Assembly (NCBI GenBank): GCA_963781585.1
Contig: CAWAGQ010000011.1
Coordinates: 32,001 to 96,000 of the forward strand
Length of the DNA: 64,000 bases
Origin: an uncultured Gemmatimonadaceae bacterium
Lineage (GTDB): Bacteria > Gemmatimonadota > Gemmatimonadetes > Gemmatimonadales > Gemmatimonadaceae
Direction of reading: 5' to 3'
A model generated the notes under the pieces. It did not search any database. It saw nothing but the letters and a program-made list of their open reading frames with translations, and was not told the origin of the DNA. Each line of letters opens with the position of its first letter. Position 1 is the stretch's first letter. Shown piece by piece: positions 60,547 to 64,000 of the stretch. Made by a program: the position numbers and the translations under genes.

Positions 60547-63327
60547 ATGATGTTCCGGCCGCGACACCGTGAGTACGCCCTGAGTGCGCTACTGGGCACA
60601 CTGCTCCTCACGCAGGCATCCCTCGCCCAGAACCCGCCCCCGCCCCCGCGGGCGCCCGGCGCTCCGCCGGCCGTCACACAACAGGTGTTCGACAGCGCGG
60701 CCACCACGATCCCGTGGTTCCCGTTAGGCATCTCACCGCTGGCGCTGAGCGGACCGGCCCGCCCGGGCGTCTACCTCTCGGCGGTCGGACGGCGCGCCAT
60801 CGCCATGGGCACCGAGGACGGCAGGCTCGAGCTCTGGTCCTGGCCCATCAAGTGGCTGCACGACCTGGAGCTGTCGTTCCGCGTCCCGAAGTACACTGAG
60901 CCCATTCCCGGGCACGCGGTCGCGCGTTCGGTGGTCGAACGCCCCGAAGGCGTGACGATCGAGTACGCGTACGAGCAGTTCACCGTCCGCGAGCACGTCT
61001 TCGTGCCGCTGGACCTGCCGGCAGTGGTGATCCTGCTCGAGGTGGATGCCATCCGACCGATGGACATCATCGCGCGGTTCACCCCCGACATCCACTACGC
61101 GTGGCCGGCGGGACTTGGCGGGCAATACCTGATCTGGGAACAGAACGCGCGGGCTTTTCTCTTCTCGGAAGGGAAGCGATCGATCAACGCGTTTCTCGGG
61201 TCGCCCGCGGTCACCGAAGCGAGCGACGTGCCGGCGCACATGCTGGCCGCCGCACCGCCGCAGCTCGTCCTCGCGGTCGGGAGCGGTCAGGAGCGCTACA
61301 CGGCGCCCCGGCTGGGTGAACCGCCCGGCCACAACGTCGATCTCCACGAGGCGTACATCCCGATCGTGCTCGCGGGCGGGGAGATGCCGCGCGACTCGGC
61401 GCTCGCGCTCTACCGCCGGCTGGTCGCGCCCGGCGCCGCCGAGCGCGAGTGGAAGCGGCGCGTGGCCCACGAGGACTCGCTGCGGCATACGATGTTCGCG
61501 CTGCACTCGCCCGATTCGCTGCTCGACCTGGCGGTGGAGTACGCCAAGGTGAATCTGGACGAGTCGTACGTCTGCAATCCGGATCTGGGGTGCGGGCTGG
61601 TGGCGGGATATGGATTGTCGGGAGCGGCGAGCGACCGGCCGGGGTTCGGCTGGTTCTTCGGCGGCGATGCCTCGATCAATTCGTTCGCCATGACCGGCGC
61701 CGGGCTCGGCCCGCTGGTGCGCGACGGCGTGTTCCGTTTCTTCGCGAAGTACCAGCGCGCGGACGGCAAGATCACCCACGAGATCTCGCAGGGCGCGGGG
61801 CACGTGGACTGGTTCAGCTATCCCTATCCCTTCTATCACGGCGACACCACGCCGTTCTGGATCCTCGCGTTCGGCGAATACTGGCGGCAGACGGGCGACA
61901 CGGCGCTGCTGCGTGAGTTCTGGCCGAACCTGAAGCGCGCCTGGGAGTGGTCGCGCCGCACCGACACCGACGGCGACGGCCTGATGGAGAACCCCGCCGC
62001 CGGCGCGGGCGCGCTCGAGGTGGGCGACCTGCAGATCGGCATTCTGTCGGACGTGTATCTCGGCGGCGTGTGGGTGGCGTCGCTCGACCGGTTTGCGCGG
62101 ATGGCCGACGCGTCAGGCGATGGCGCGCTCGCCGACAGCGCCCGCCGGATTCGCGCGACGGCCGTCCGGACGCTGGAGTCGAAGCTCTGGATGCCGGCAC
62201 TCGGACAGTACGCGTTCGCGCTGCTGCAGAACGGGACGGTCAACGGGAATCTCACGGCCTGGCCCGCGACCGCGATGTCGTTCGACCTGTTCGACGGCAC
62301 GCGCGGAGCGGCGATGGCGGCGCGCCTGGCATCGAGCGGCATCATGACCGACTGGGGGGCGCGGCCGCTGAGCGCCACCAGTGCGCTGTTCGATCCGCTG
62401 CACTACAACAACGGTGCGGTGTGGCCGTTCGTGACCGGTTTCGTGGCGCTGGCCGGGTACCGCTACCACAACGCGCCGGCGGCGTGGTTCGCGCTCCAGG
62501 CCATCGCGCGCACGGGCTTCGATGAGGCGCTGGGGCGGAATCCCGAAGTGATCTCCGGGCGGCTGTACAAGCCGCTCGACACCGCGGTGCCGCAGCAGTT
62601 CTTCGCCACCTCGATGGTGCTGACGCCGCTGCTGCGCGGCCTGCTTGGGATCGACGTGGACGTGCCCGCGCGCCGGGTCACCCTGTCGCCGCACCTGCCG
62701 CCCGACTGGGATTCGGTGGCGGTGGAACACGTGCCGGTTGGCAATAGTCGCTTGTCGTTACTTATTCACCGCGACCCGGGGCGGATGACCGCGACGATCC
62801 GCCGCGAAAGCCCCGGGGCTCCGGTGGAGATCGTCTTCGATCCGGCGCTGCCATTGGGCGCTCAGGTCGCGGGCGGGGCGACCGCCCGGATCACGCCCGG
62901 CGATGTGCACGCGTCGGTGCGCGGCACGCTCACCGACTCGATCACGCTCCGTGTGGCGTTCAGCGGCGGGTGGAGCATCATCCCGCCGCCGATGCAGCCG
63001 GCGATCGGGGACCGGTCACAGGCGCCGCGGGTGGTGAGCGAGCGGCTGGCGACCGCGCCACGCGGCGGCGCGGCAGCGATGCGCCCCAGCGGATATGAAG
63101 TGGCGTTGGAGGGCATCGCGGGCCGCACCTACACCTTCCGGGTTCGCGCGCCGAGCGACGCGGCAGCCCGCAGTCTCATTGCGGTGGCAGGCGCCGGCGG
63201 GCGCGCGACCCTGACACCCGGCATGACGCGGGGCGCCGAGCGCGTGGTGGAGATCTCGTTCCCGACCGGCGGCGCGAACGCCGACGGCTACACGGCCACG
63301 ACGGTGACGTTCAGCGTCGCACGTTGA
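60547..63327 (+). CDS. Exported (alpha/alpha)6 glycoside hydrolase (amylo-alpha-1,6-glucosidase/GDE-like)
   Basis: Signal peptide, RPGFGWFFGGD, GKITHE, DTTP, DTDGDGL.EN, YNNGAVWP, PE..SG, C-terminal beta domain. Confidence 0.8.
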   Translation: MMFRPRHREYALSALLGTLLLTQASLAQNPPPPPRAPGAPPAVTQQVFDSAATTIPWFPLGISPLALSGPARPGVYLSAVGRRAIAMGTEDGRLELWSWPIKWLHDLELSFRVPKYTEPIPGHAVARSVVERPEGVTIEYAYEQFTVREHVFVPLDLPAVVILLEVDAIRPMDIIARFTPDIHYAWPAGLGGQYLIWEQNARAFLFSEGKRSINAFLGSPAVTEASDVPAHMLAAAPPQLVLAVGSGQERYTAPRLGEPPGHNVDLHEAYIPIVLAGGEMPRDSALALYRRLVAPGAAEREWKRRVAHEDSLRHTMFALHSPDSLLDLAVEYAKVNLDESYVCNPDLGCGLVAGYGLSGAASDRPGFGWFFGGDASINSFAMTGAGLGPLVRDGVFRFFAKYQRADGKITHEISQGAGHVDWFSYPYPFYHGDTTPFWILAFGEYWRQTGDTALLREFWPNLKRAWEWSRRTDTDGDGLMENPAAGAGALEVGDLQIGILSDVYLGGVWVASLDRFARMADASGDGALADSARRIRATAVRTLESKLWMPALGQYAFALLQNGTVNGNLTAWPATAMSFDLFDGTRGAAMAARLASSGIMTDWGARPLSATSALFDPLHYNNGAVWPFVTGFVALAGYRYHNAPAAWFALQAIARTGFDEALGRNPEVISGRLYKPLDTAVPQQFFATSMVLTPLLRGLLGIDVDVPARRVTLSPHLPPDWDSVAVEHVPVGNSRLSLLIHRDPGRMTATIRRESPGAPVEIVFDPALPLGAQVAGGATARITPGDVHASVRGTLTDSITLRVAFSGGWSIIPPPMQPAIGDRSQAPRVVSERLATAPRGGAAAMRPSGYEVALEGIAGRTYTFRVRAPSDAAARSLIAVAGAGGRATLTPGMTRGAERVVEISFPTGGANADGYTATTVTFSVAR

Positions 63328-63337
63328 CGCGCTGCGG

Positions 63338-64000
63338 CTACTCGTTGCTCCGGCGGCGGATACCCAACAGGAGCACGAACCCGGCTACGGACATCGCCAC
63401 CGTCACGGCGCTCGCGGCCGCGAGCGTGAGTCGACGGGTGTTTCCCCTCGGCCGGCGCAGTCCGGGGATGGTGAACGTATGCATCTGGCCGGAGACCTGC
63501 TTGAACGGCGTGAGGATGTCGGTGAAACTGACCGCGGCCCACGGCGTGACGTAGGCCACTGTGCGACGGCGATCGCCGAATTGGACCCGCCAGGCAGGGA
63601 GCGCCCCGCGGTACGAACCCTCGTGCTCGCTCACCCGTACGACGCTCAGGATGGGGGGCGAGCTGCCGAGGGCCTCGCGAGCGACTTCGGGCGCCGTCGC
63701 GCTGTCGACCCGGTACGGCGTGCCCGTGCGGGCGTCGACCAGGTGCGCGTGACCGCTCGGCGGCACGATCTGGTAGAGCAGATGGCCTCCCATCATGCGC
63801 AGCGAGATGGCGCGCAGACCAGCGTCGGGGGGCAGGTCGATCGCCTGCAACGCCGCAGCCGGCGGCAGAACGTCCGGCCCGATGGCGGGCAGAGCCGGGG
63901 CGTCGCCCGCTCCTCCGGGCTGCACCGAGGGGGTGATCATCACCACGCCGGTGCAGGTCCACATCAGCACGAAGATCCCGACCGACCACGCCCCCCAGCG
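63338..64000 (-). CDS. PepSY-associated TM-helix protein, 5' end outside window
   Basis: Frame open from 64000: RWGAWSVGIFVLMWTCTG, LVDARTG, LPAWRVQF.D, MHTF. Confidence 0.7.
   Translation of the reverse strand, partial: RWGAWSVGIFVLMWTCTGVVMITPSVQPGGAGDAPALPAIGPDVLPPAAALQAIDLPPDAGLRAISLRMMGGHLLYQIVPPSGHAHLVDARTGTPYRVDSATAPEVAREALGSSPPILSVVRVSEHEGSYRGALPAWRVQFGDRRRTVAYVTPWAAVSFTDILTPFKQVSGQMHTFTIPGLRRPRGNTRRLTLAAASAVTVAMSVAGFVLLLGIRRRSNE

Overview
GC-rich bacterial chromosomal segment. The gene repertoire (ADOP permease, six-bladed propellers, Uma2 paralogues, M48 lipoproteins) suggests a Gemmatimonadota/Acidobacteriota-like organism, which is an inference. I support about 58 coding regions. 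I saw no rRNA, tRNA, integrase, transposase or CRISPR array. The window holds an ECF42-type sigma/DGPF module with a candidate autoregulated promoter, an envelope-stress cluster, phosphoketolase/acetate kinase genes, ABC transporters, glycoside hydrolases, a CoA-transferase/crotonase/GntP operon and an octaheme-HEAT/TPR protein. Several genes carry indels clustered at 24.9, 26.7-28.2, 30.3, 45.1-45.9, 48.4, 55.5 and 56.4-57.4 kb, most likely long-read consensus errors. There are four best candidates for uncharacterised systems. (1) A translationally coupled cassette of alpha/beta-hydrolase, exported beta-rich protein and M15 peptidoglycan peptidase, with no phage context (20883-23694). (2) A lower-GC pair of DUF5131 radical-SAM-like protein and TcmP methyltransferase-fold protein, the latter ending in a clamp-binding-like motif (31136-32778). 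(3) A five-gene lipid-linked rare-sugar operon with a divergent GT-C-like gene and a 23-bp VNTR between them (36923-43705). (4) A Thr-nucleophile 'sulfatase' coupled to a GT-C-like membrane protein (10188-14011). All family calls come from motif recognition, not database searches.
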